Shown here piece by piece: positions 24,001-35,728 of a stretch of DNA of 64,000 nucleotides. The DNA comes from Octopus vulgaris. Its lineage: Eukaryota. The translations under genes and the position numbers were made by a program. Below the pieces are notes generated by a model. That model saw only the letters and a list, made by a program, of their open reading frames with translations, did not search any database and was not told the origin of the DNA. Within the stretch, counting starts at the first letter, position 1. Every line of letters begins with the position of its first letter. The stretch is from contig OX597817.1 in assembly GCA_951406725.2 (NCBI GenBank), positions 158,348,001 to 158,412,000 on the forward strand, given 5' to 3'.

Positions 24001-26979
24001 CCCTCAGTCAAAATTGTCCAACCCATGCTAGCATGGAAAGTGGATGTTAAACGATGATGATGATGGAACACGTAAAAGTGGGAGACCCAGGAAGACACGG
24101 GATGAAGTACTGAAGAATAACTTCAGGAAGCTGAACCTTTCAGGCAAGATGACAAAGGACCAAGATACCTGGCCATACTCAAGAAGACTCATACCCTACA
24201 GCAGAAGTATGAAGACTAATTCTTCTAGTGGTGTAAAGCATTTGTGGAAGAGCCATGTAAAAGTGCCCGTGCAGTGCCATATAAAAGCACCCAGCACCAT
24301 CTGTAAAGTGGTTGGCATTAGGAAGGGCATCCAGCTGTAGAAACCATGCCAAATCAAACTGGGTTCTGGTGTAGCTCCCCAGCTTGCCAGCTCTGGGTCA
24401 CACTGTCCAACCCATGCCAGCATGGACAACAAACGTTAAATGACGATATGTATTTATATGAAACTAATGTTAGATGTATATAGAGCCACAGCCTCAGAGT
24501 CAATATTGTTTTGTTGAACCAGCTGATGGTCTATATCTCATGTCCAAAACACTTAACTAAGTGACTCAGTCCACACAAGTATTATGAGTAAACACATCAT
24601 TATAACGGTTAAAGGAATGTAAGGTTGAAATGGTAAATATACACTCTTCTCCTTGAATCACACAAACTTAATGACGCATTTAAAAATATACAAACATAAG
24701 CGCAGGAGTGGCTGTGTGGTAAGTAGCTTGCTTACCAACCACATGGTTCCGGGTTCAGTCCCACTGCGTGGTACCTTGGGCAAGTGTCTTCTACTATAGC
24801 CTCGGGCCGACCAAAGCCTTGTGAGTGGATTTGGTAGACGGAAAGTGAAAGAAGCCCGTCGTATATGTGTGTGCTTGTGTGTCTCTAGTTGTCCCCCCAA
24901 CATCGCTTGACAACCGATGCTGGTGTGTTTACGTCCCCATAACTTAGCGGTTCGGCAAAAGAGACCGATAGAATAAGTACTAGGCTTACAAAAAATAAGA
25001 CTTGGGGTCGATTTGCTCGGCTAAAGGCGGTGCTCCAGCGTGGCCGCAGTCAAATGACTGAAACAAGTAAAAGAGTAAAGAGTGTAAGGAAATGTGAATA
25101 TCTTCTCTGGACCTTTTGGGGTGCGAGAAGCAATCACTATCCGTTGCTTTTAAATCCAGATTCTACCAGTCAAAGAAACACAAAACGCAGACGTAAAAAA
25201 TAGATATACTTTATTGTTTTATACCGGTGAGAAATCAGTGGTATATCTGATATCCTTGGTTCTGGGCGCGCAAGGCTGAAAGTTAATCGCTTGTAAGATT
25301 TACAATGTTCAGCCGCTAAAAACAGAACGGGTTAAAGATGGCCGCGGAATAATGAAGACGATGTTGTCTGCAACAATTTGGTTAAAATCTTCAGCCGACT
25401 GCTATCAAATTCGGACAGAGAGAAAATATACGTCTGCTGGTATCAAAGGCCTTCTGCTGTCTCTGCTGGACGCTGATGGTCAAGGTTTTTGCGTTCCCTT
25501 GCCTCTTTTCTAAGGGTCGCTTTTCCTAGCCAATCAGCTAATTCCACGATAGCAATATTCCCTCTTCTGTTGATGAAAACACGCGCGAATCAGAAAAGGG
25601 CGTTGCGCGCGCGCGCTGTTGTATAGCGTCACTACAAGAGTATAAATTTTCAGTGTAACACCAAATAAACATAAAACACTGGAGAAATTTATTTGCTTTA
25701 TTTTGATAAAGTAATTTAGTGTACAAAAGTCAGATTTTTAAAAGAAAATGAAAAATTCAACCCAATATTATATAAAAATGTTAACATGGTTTTTCAGGTT
25801 TTTGCTTTTAGGCAAATATTGAATAACGATATAAAATAATTCTCAAAATATGGAACATCTATTCTCTTTTCCTTTCCCGTGACATTAGGACAGCTAACCC
25901 AGAACTTTGACCAAAAGCTTATGAGCGAAATTTGTTAAATGGGAAACTATGCAGAAACCTATCGGATGGAGCGGGAACACAAATTGCTTATCAGACATCC
26001 AATCGAGAGGTCGGCAATTAATGCCTTGTTATTTGTTGTGCGAGTGACTTTTTCACAACTTTCAAATCAGCCCAGCCTATCTGGCTTAAGTGGAAGCACT
26101 CCGTCGGTTACGATGATGAGGGTTCCGGTTGATCCGAATCAACGGAACAGCCTGCTCGTGAAATTAACGTGTAAGTGGCTGAGCACTCCACAGACATGTG
26201 TACCCTTAACGTAGTTCTCGGGGATATTCAGCGTGACACAGAAAGTGACAAGGCGGGCCCCTTGAAATACAGGTACAACAGAAACAGGAAGTAAGAGTGA
26301 GAGAAAGTTGTGGTGAAAGAGTACAGCAGGGATCACCACCATCCCCTGCCCGAGCCTCGTGGAGCTTTAGGTGTTTTCGCTCAATAAACACTCACAACGC
26401 CCGGTCTGGGAATCGAAACCGCGAGTCCGCTGCCCTAACCACTGGGCCATTGCGCCTCCGCATCTAGCTTAAATAGATAACAAGTCCAATGATTTATGAC
26501 GGGGAAAAAGTGAACCCCAGAGGATGACAATAAATAGACTGCTCTTTAATAGACTAGGAAAACTTAGTGTACGCAGATGTTTGATGGATGGCCAAGAGTT
26601 GTCCGATTTGACTCGACGGTTCAGTCCATAGCACATACTAATAAAGTGGCAGAAAAAAATGTAGGAAAATAATGTAAAAGAAAGTGAAAATATTATAGGA
26701 TTCACATTAGAAAACGCAATTAAGTCATTAATAAGAAAGTGAATGGTTTTCTATGGAAACTAGGATAAAGAATGTCCGAAGAAAAGTGAATAAGTTACAC
26801 AGACCGAAAATAATTTCTTAACCTTCTACGAAATACATTTGTAAGGCGATGCTTCGGTATAGGTACACACGTGACTTTGTTTACATTTCTGAAGATAACA
26901 GAAACCCTTTTCTCCCACTCCTATCCCTACCCCCCCCCATATATAAAAAAACAACAAATGTATCCGGTACTAACACCGG

Positions 26980-27330
26980 TACATATACCGAAGTTACGCC
27001 CTCACCTGTCGTAGTAGTCACTTCGACAAAACTTTTATTAACTAGCAGACACCATTTTAAAAACCACGCAAATACAATAATTTCACCGTTTGAAACGACG
27101 TTAATAATTGGTCAGCATTAACGCTGACGTTGGTAATATCAACCAATCACAGATAGCGTTGGAAACATCAACAAAAAAGCCCTGCTTTCTAGTAAACTCG
27201 GCATTTTACGATATCTTGTGCAATGGAAGGAGTGTTTCTCGTGATTCATCGTGTGCCAACCAGTTCATTAATCACGGGAATGTGGCCGATATCTAAATTG
27301 GTTCTAGCCAACATGGCTTTGTAAATACAA
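26980..27330. promoter_or_regulatory. Probable FLCN promoter / non-coding first exon region, possibly bidirectional
   Basis: Locally CpG-enriched unique sequence, CCAATCA at ~27143, YY1-like CAACATGGC at ~27309. The FLCN ATG exon has an upstream splice acceptor, so a 5' UTR exon must exist. Confidence 0.45.
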
Positions 27331-30300
27331 CAAGTGCATTCAATTTTTGATGGTCTGTATATACATGGATTAATTTTATTTTAAAGAATCTCCTCCCAAA
27401 GCTTGTCTAGTTTCCGTTTCCCTCCCCAGACTCCTTTTCCCGACATTTTTGCCTTTGCTGTATTGTTTACTATAACCATGTTGTTTTCTTTCATCATATA
27501 ATTCACTTCATGTGATTGATAAGATGATCTATTTCGAACATAGAGATAGCGTGTTTGTTTGATTACCTGTCACTATTATTTTTACTGATAAATATTTATA
27601 TTTTTAGCTTAATAAATAAAAAAAATATCGGTAATTACTTTATTCTTATTCTCATTTAGTGTATTTTAATTAAATAAATACGCACTCCCTTTCTCCCAAA
27701 TCTTTTTATTTTGTAAATATATCTATATAGTGTGTTTATTTATCTTCTCTGTTAATTTGCTTTGATTTAACCACCTCATGTGGTACATACTTATTTACTT
27801 CGCGTTAGATTATATACAATATTGAATCGCAGGAAAATAATAGTTTGATGTCCGTGTCACTGATCATTGTTAAATATTTAATTACAAACATTAGATAACT
27901 TTTACAACAACAATTAAGAAGGAATAAAACGTCACTATAATGAAGTTATAAAATTGTTTTGAATTCTTCAAACTCTATTTAAGTTGTGTATTGTAATATT
28001 CCGATAAATTAATCTGTATTTGTATTGATGTTTTCGTGACTAGAATGAATTGATCTTTTTAATTTTAGTTGGGTACTAAAGTAAACATTAACGACTAAGT
28101 TTATGTTGACATAGAATTTGTACCTTAATTAAAAAAATAAATAAATAAATAGAGAAACCCAAAACAAATGGAAAATCTTTAAACTGATTTTGAAAACTCA
28201 AAAATAGTCTTAAATTTTACTTATTTTATAGTTGTGTTTGATAGTTTTGCTGTTACGCACACGTTGGGAGTTAAAATGAACAAAATGTTATTTGGGCTTG
28301 TTCCAGAAAACGGAACTTCAGATGCCATATATCTAATTAGACAGATGTAAATAAATTAAACAATATGGCCGTAGGAAGTACCTCAAAGGAGCGTTCTGCG
28401 TACAAAATACTCATAGATTGAGTTTTAGTCTTGCATATGTGAGACCCAACCATATCTAAGAAACATTACTCAGCAATTGTCCACTGCCGGTTTCACCAAC
28501 TTCCGCAATTTCTCTCTGAGTGTATTTACCTTGAGATATAGAAATGCATCTTTCTGACCTACTCCTTAGAAAGGTAATCTCTTATCCTGTCAATTATTAG
28601 CCCAACACCCTCACCTCCAGTATTTCTTAGATGATGGTGTTAGTTAACAAACACCTTATTACTATATTCATTATGTTTCTTTTAGTATTCACAGTCAACT
28701 ACATTGGAGGCCCGTGCTATGTTACATGCCAGTTGTCTTTTATTCTTGAGCATTTTGGTAAAAGTTTATTTGTTGCAAAGCTTTTGACCATTCCAGGATG
28801 TTAGATACATTTGCCAGTTTATGGGTTATACTTGCCATTAATCACTAGGTTTAGAAGACTCATGTCTGATTGTTCCATTGTAGTGTGTATGTTGGTGGAA
28901 TGCTCAGAAGTATCTCAGTGCTCAAGTTGTCTCTATCATCATATTCTATATTATGTCGTATACATGGATGGAAGCACTCCGTCGGTTACGACGATGAGGG
29001 TTCTGGTTGATCCGAATCAACGGAACAGCCTGCTCGTGAAATTAACGTGTAAGTGGCTGAGCACTCCACAGACACGAGTACCCTTAACGTAATTCTCGGG
29101 GATATTCAGCGTGACACAGAGAGTGACAAGGCCGGCCCCTTGAAATACAGGTACAACAGAAACAGGAAGTAAGAGTGAGAGGAAGTTGTGGTGAAAGAGT
29201 ACAGCAGGGATCACCACCATCTCCTGCCGGAGCCTCGTGGAGCTTTTTAGGTGTTTTCGCTCAATAAACACTCACAACGCCCGGTCTGGGAATTGAAACC
29301 GCGATCCTATGACCGCGAGTCCGCTGCCCTAACCACTGGGCCATTGCGCCTCCATGAGTCTTATACATACTCCTGTATTGATAGCACCAGCCTATATGCC
29401 TTCCTCTCTTTTCACATACAAGCTTCATCCATATAATTTAACTACTCCCTGTTATATGATATCTCATTGAGAAAGTTCTGTGAGGGTCTTGGCATTGAAG
29501 TGGAATGAAACTGCACATTTGGCATATCTCAAGAAAATAAGCCTGTAATGAATACTACATCTCTTCAACAATGGTTTTGTTTCTCTGCTTATTGCATACG
29601 CTTGCACATAAACTCATATTTTTTTAGGGTGGGAGGTATAAAGGAAGGGGATGTGCCCATTGTTTTTGCAAACCCTCTGAAACTGGTGAGATCTACACAG
29701 TTAGTGTTCTTATAGTTGCAAGTTGATGTTTTCTGGAAAAACATGGGTAGAGAGGGTATTTCAAAGGGTTGACATTCTGGGGAGAACAGCTTGACTAAGT
29801 GGGTTGAATGCAATATAGATGATGGGGCAAGGAAAGACATAAGTTGGAAGTGCCTGAGTTGTTGGGTGGAACAAGACCAGCCAGCTATGTGGAGCAGAGG
29901 CCACTGTAGCAGTAGAAACAGTAGAGTGAGTGTATTTATTTTTATTTATGCGCCATTTTCAAGCCTAACCAGGCTCATGGGCCCGGTTTCCTGGTTTCTG
30001 TGGCGTTATGTGTTCCCCCCAGCTGGATGGGACGCCAGTCCATCACAGCATTACTCAAGAAACAGGAAGAGAGAGTGAGAGAAAGTTGGGGTGAAAGAGT
30101 ACAACAGGGGTCACCATTACCCCCTTGCTCGAGCCTTGTGGAGCTTTAGGTGTTTCCACTCAATAAACACACAAGCCCGCTGCCCTGACCATTGGGCCAT
30201 TGTGCCTCCAGTCTGCTGCCCTAACCATTGGGCCATTGCGCCTCTGGAGTGAGTGTATACAGCATGATTATGGACTAGAGGTTGAATGTGTTAGTGAGTG

Positions 30301-30748
30301 ATTTCATGTCACTTAGTTGGCTGGTCTGTTTTGGATGTCTGAATGTGTAGCAGCTGCACTGTGGGAGAAGTACTTCATTGTGGGGTTTATTTGAGTTGTT
30401 GGGACTGCAGTGTTTTCTGGCCCTGAATAGGAAGGCCAGTCTTTGCTATGCTGAAGATGTGCAGTTTCCAGGGGAAATCTTCAGTAATTGTGTGGCTTAG
30501 CATTTGCATTGATCTAGGTTTAGGAAGGGTTAGGTACAATATTGTTTTCTTGATATATGTGGTAATTTGTCTTTGTGTTATTGAAGAAGACGAGGTTAGC
30601 AGATCCCCCTATTGGAGAATGTCTTTGAGGTCTCTATTCATGGTCCCAGTGCAGCTTTGATTCTAATTCAGAAATGATTTATATTTAAAGTTTTCTTTTT
30701 ACTAACATTGTATATATTTTTCATTCCAGATATTTTTAAATTATAAAA

Positions 30749-30976
30749 ATGAATGCTATCATAGCTGTGTGTCACTTCTGTGAACTCCATGGCCCAAGAA
30801 TTGTATATTGCACACAATCTTTCCATCCACAAGAACACAGAGCTGTAGATGATGAGGATGCATTGTCTGATGTCAGTGCTGGTCATCTACACAACCGGTC
30901 AAAAGCCATAAGACATGGTTCTTTTTCTTCTACTGATAGTGCTGCTGTGACAAGTATGAAGACAGATCTTTGTGAA
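30749..30976 (+). CDS. FLCN: FLCN coding exon 1
   Basis: ATG at 30749; exon acceptor ttccAG at 30729; donor GTATGT. Confidence 0.95.
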
Positions 30977-33900
30977 GTATGTCATCTTACTCCTATTTCT
31001 GTATTCTTCCTTCTCTCTCATTCTCTCCATTTCACTATTTTCTTTTTCTTTCTTTACACTGTCTATTTTTTTCTTTCCCCTTTATTTTGTCTCTTTTTTA
31101 TTCTCTCTTCTTTCCTTGCTGTTTTTGCTTTATATTTCACTTTTATTTTTAAATGTAAACATTGGATATTTGTTCAGGAAAATCTCTAGACTATTATGTC
31201 ATTTCTCATCATTTACCTTCAAATAGCACTACAAACCATACAAGTCTAATAACATCTGGAAAGAGGGTACAAACTTACAGCAGACTTCACCTCAGTAAAT
31301 TTCAGCTCCCTTGAATTCTCCATCACATACAAGTAACCAGTTAAAAGAACAAAAGAATTAGAATTCAAATGTTTAACATGCCAGTTTATTTTGTGATGAA
31401 TTATAAATTTGTGTTCTTCATAATTGCTTATTGTCACTTGTATATCTTTTTAAAAACCGGATAATTTGTTTCATGCAGGGCTGTTATTCAGTCAAAACTG
31501 GATTTGTTAGTCACGATGATGAAGTTCCTATTAGTTATGTGAGCAGCCAACATCCACACCACCCCAAAGTTTTTAGTATGGTACGACAAGCTTGTCTGCG
31601 AAGTCTTAGTTGTGAGGTAATGCATACTTTTTTTTATGTCTTATATATTTCAAAATTATTATCGAATACTATGCATTTGGTATTTTTTCAAGTTTTTTTT
31701 TAGGAATAATTTAAAACTGCAAAATGGAGATTTTTTTATTACTTATAAGAGAAACACCTGTGTAGTTGTATTTAGAGAATTTATGTCAATATTATTGTGA
31801 ATGCAGGTGGTCGAAATGGGGTTCCTCCAAAATAGTGGTTCTCAACTGGGGTCCATATAGCCCTTGAAGGTTCATAAAAGATTTTGGGGAGTCCATGTAA
31901 CAAAATAGTAAATTTGGGATCCACAACAGTATTTTAAGGGCCCCTGAAAAAATTTTGCTTTAGATGTGTGCATTTGTATGTATTGCAAGAAACAGGTTTC
32001 TTTCTCTAACATTTACTTAGTTCAACTTACACAAATTAATGTGTGAAAAACAAAATAGGAATTTTGAAAGATAAACTAGCAAGCCATGCTACTCCAGACT
32101 GAAGACGAGCAATGACTCAGAAACTAGTCTCTGGAAGCTGGCTTAGCTGGGTGGAGGTGCTTGTCTCCCTCTTGTAAACATAAGGACACAGGAAATGTGT
32201 CAAGGCTGACAGGAAGCGTTGATGCTTCCTAGGGCTAAATAGCAGTAGGGTATAGGGGTCCACCAGATTAAAATAGTAATCAAAGGGGTTCCATAGATAA
32301 AAAGTGGTTGAGAGCGCCTACTCCAAAGGATCTCTAGAATAATGTTACTTGACAAGAGTGCATAGGTCAGAGATCAGGGAGATGCTATTTCTCTGCATGG
32401 AGGGGTCACAGCTCTGGTACTATGAATATGTGATTAGAATATCACAAGAAAGAATTGCAAGACCTTTCTCAAGCCAAGTCAATTGATGAGAGACCTAGGG
32501 GTAGACCAAAAACATGATGGTTGGATAATATCTCTAGTCTCAATTGTTCATCATCATCATCGTTTAACGTCCGCTTTCCATGCTAGCATGGGTTGGACGA
32601 TTTTGACTGAGGACTGGCGAACCAGATGGCTGCACCAGGCTCCAATCTTAATTTGGCAGAGTTTCTATAGCTGGATGCTCTTCCTAACACCAACCACTCC
32701 GAGAGTGTAGTGGGTGCTTTTTACTTGCCACCGGCATGGGGGCCAGTCTGGCGGTACTGGCAACGACCTCGCTCGAATCTTTTTACACATGCCACCAGCA
32801 CAGGTGCCAGTTAGGCTACGTTGGTAACGATCACGCTCGAATGGTGCCCTTTTACGTGCCACTGGCATGGAAGCCAGTTGGCTGCTCTGGCAACGATCAT
32901 GCTTGGATGGTGCTCTTGGCACCCTACTAGCACGGGTACAAGTGCCAGTAAGGCAACGCTGGTAACGATCATGCTCGAGTGGTGCCTTTTAAGTGCCTCT
33001 GGCACGGAAGCCAGTTAGTCGCTCTGTCAATGATCACACTCGTATGGTGCTCTTTGCACCCTGCTAGCACGGACGCCAGTCATCGAATTTGATTTTGATT
33101 GGTTTGATTTGATTTCATTTGCCTCAACAGGTCTTCGCAAGCAGAGTTTTAGTGTCCAAAGAAGGAAAAGGTACACATAAGTGGGCTGGATACGCCTAGG
33201 AAAAATAATTCTGGATTATTCTTGGTTTGTTGCCACTTTGAACAGATTGCTGTTTTATAAATTATAATATCTGGTAGGAGATGGACACTATAAAAAAGAA
33301 AAATATCTAAGTAATGATTTTAATGAAAAAAAATCAGCTGTTTAGTCACATTTTATTGCTATTTTCACTCTTTTTATACCCCACAGGTGTGTCCCGGTCG
33401 AGAAGGTCCTATTTTCTTTGGTGATAAACAACAAGGCAATGTTCTCAGTTACACTTTCTATATCCAAGATAATCAAGCTCGTGGATTTAAACGTTGGTAT
33501 AGCATCATCATTGTTATGATGGACAAATTATATTTGTTGAACTCTTGGTCTTTCCTTGTACCAAATTTACAACTTGTTATCAAGCAACTACAAATGAAAG
33601 CAGAAAAGGTAACTTGTGTGTAATTCTTCTTTTTCTGTTGAAGTAGTTTAAGTGGAACAGGAGAAAAAAAAATGAGAATAAGCTAACATTGTTGATATTT
33701 ATTGAAATAATTTGCCCTGTGTTTTGAATCAGAAATCATCATCATTTAATACCCAATTATTTTTCATTATTTACATTTGATGGATATTTGTCCTCGGAAT
33801 CTTGGGGTTAGTAGCCAGTGCTCTTAACCACTACGCCATATGCCCATGGGCATATGGCATATGATTTCATTCAACATATGGCATAGTGGTTAAGAGCGTG

Positions 33901-35459
33901 GGCTACTAACCCCAAGATTCCGAGTTCAATTCCAGGCAGTGACCTTAATAATAATAATAATAATAACAACAACATCAAAAAATACCTCAAGAATGAGAAC
34001 CCAGGTTCAAAATTTCCCCAAGACACCTGATTGAAGGCTGGAGGGTATATCAGTTAAAACGTTGTGTTAACAACAAACAAGATGAGGACAATTATCTGTC
34101 AAATATAAATAATGTACATAATTCCTCATCTCTTAAATATAGAACCAATTATTTTTGTTTGCATGAGTCAGATGGAATTTGTTTAAGGTAGATTTTTCCA
34201 TGGCTGGATACCCTTCCTGTCACTTCATCTGTTTACAAGCAAGGAAATATTTCCCTATGGCCAAAATGTTTCATAGAAAACTGGAAACAAATAACACTGC
34301 TGGTACGACAGTGATGCTCATTTACAACCATTATGTGATATCAAGGCAAGGGTATAGACACACACATGTATACATATATGACAAGCTTCTTTTAGTTTCC
34401 GTCTACCAAATCCATCCATAAGCTTTGGCTGACCCTGGGCTATGGTGGAAGACACTTGACCAAGGTATCACACAGTGGAACCAAACTTGAGACTATGTTG
34501 TGTCAGCACTCTATAGCTGTAATGGCTCTCTTTCTCCTCTTTCTCATACACACACACACACCATGGTCATTGTTTTAACATGCAATTTTCATGCTTATAT
34601 GTATGTGTGTATATATACATATCATCATTGTTTAACATCTGTTTTCTGTGTTGGTATGGGTTCAATGGCTTGACAAGAACCAGGGAAACAGAAGGCTGTG
34701 GCAAACTCCAGTGTTTGCTTTGACATGGGTTTCTACAAGTGTACTGGGTGCTTTTGTTGTGGCACCAGCATTATTGAGGTCACCAAGTAACTTTGAAAAT
34801 AAGGCCCTGTTCAACTGAGATGAAAGTATGATAGAGTGACGTTGTATGATGAAAGTATGATAGAGGAGATACATGGCTTTCTCAGCTGGAAAAAGAGAGA
34901 TAAATGGGGAGGGTATATATGAGGGGGTGCTGAAAAGTTCCTGGCTTTGGGTAAAAGAAAATGTCAGAAAATTTGTAAATTATGATTCTACTCAACATAT
35001 CCAACTCTCAGATTCACCCACTTATTACAGCAATTCTTCAGTTTTTCTAAGGCTTGCAAAAGAAATGGGAAGGTTGGACCTCCAAATAAGCCTTTTGTGG
35101 TACCCTTAAAGCCAGGAACTTTTTAGCACCCCCCTCATATATATGCATAAATAAATAAATACATGCATGCATTCATTCATACGTATGTACATACATGCAT
35201 ACATATGTACGCATGTGCATACATCTGAGGGATTGCTGAAAAATTCCTGGCTTTGGGTAAAAAAAAGATACAGGAAGATTAGTTAATTATGGTTTCATTT
35301 AACATATTCCCCTCCCAGATTCGCACAGTTATTGCAGCAGTCCTTCAGTTTTTCTAAGCCCTGTAAAAGAAGTCGGAAGGTTGGGCCTCCAGTCAGCCCT
35401 TTTGTGTTACCCTTAAAGCCAGGAACTTTTCAGTACCCCTTCATACTCAAGTTTCAAGA

Positions 35460-35500
<41 letters not shown>

Positions 35501-35692
35501 GGTACTAGTCACCATGATAGATCGTTAGCCACTACACACATTGTTTTCTCTCCTTGTTTTTTCTGTGTCCCTTTCTGTAGAAGAGCATAGGCTCGAAACG
35601 TAAAAGACTTTTTCTATTCCTGAGCATTATACTAATACATCTGTTTGTTTTATACACCACCTGTCTTCGTCTTTTGTTTTTTCATAAACTCT

Positions 35693-35728
<36 letters not shown>

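Noticed and set aside
25088-25500. Telomerase RNA, RNase P/MRP or 7SK identity for the structured island
   Set aside because: No CUAACCCU-type template of at least 1.5 repeats and no P6.1 motif; no GGAAnGUC P4 motif; no paired GAUC motifs
26400-26460. tRNA gene
   Set aside because: A and B boxes belong to SINE heads that run into SINE bodies; no full cloverleaf
18091-30749. Functional CP110-FLCN cilium gene cluster
   Set aside because: Both have reported centrosome/cilium links, but adjacency alone is no evidence and they appear to have separate promoters ~9 kb apart
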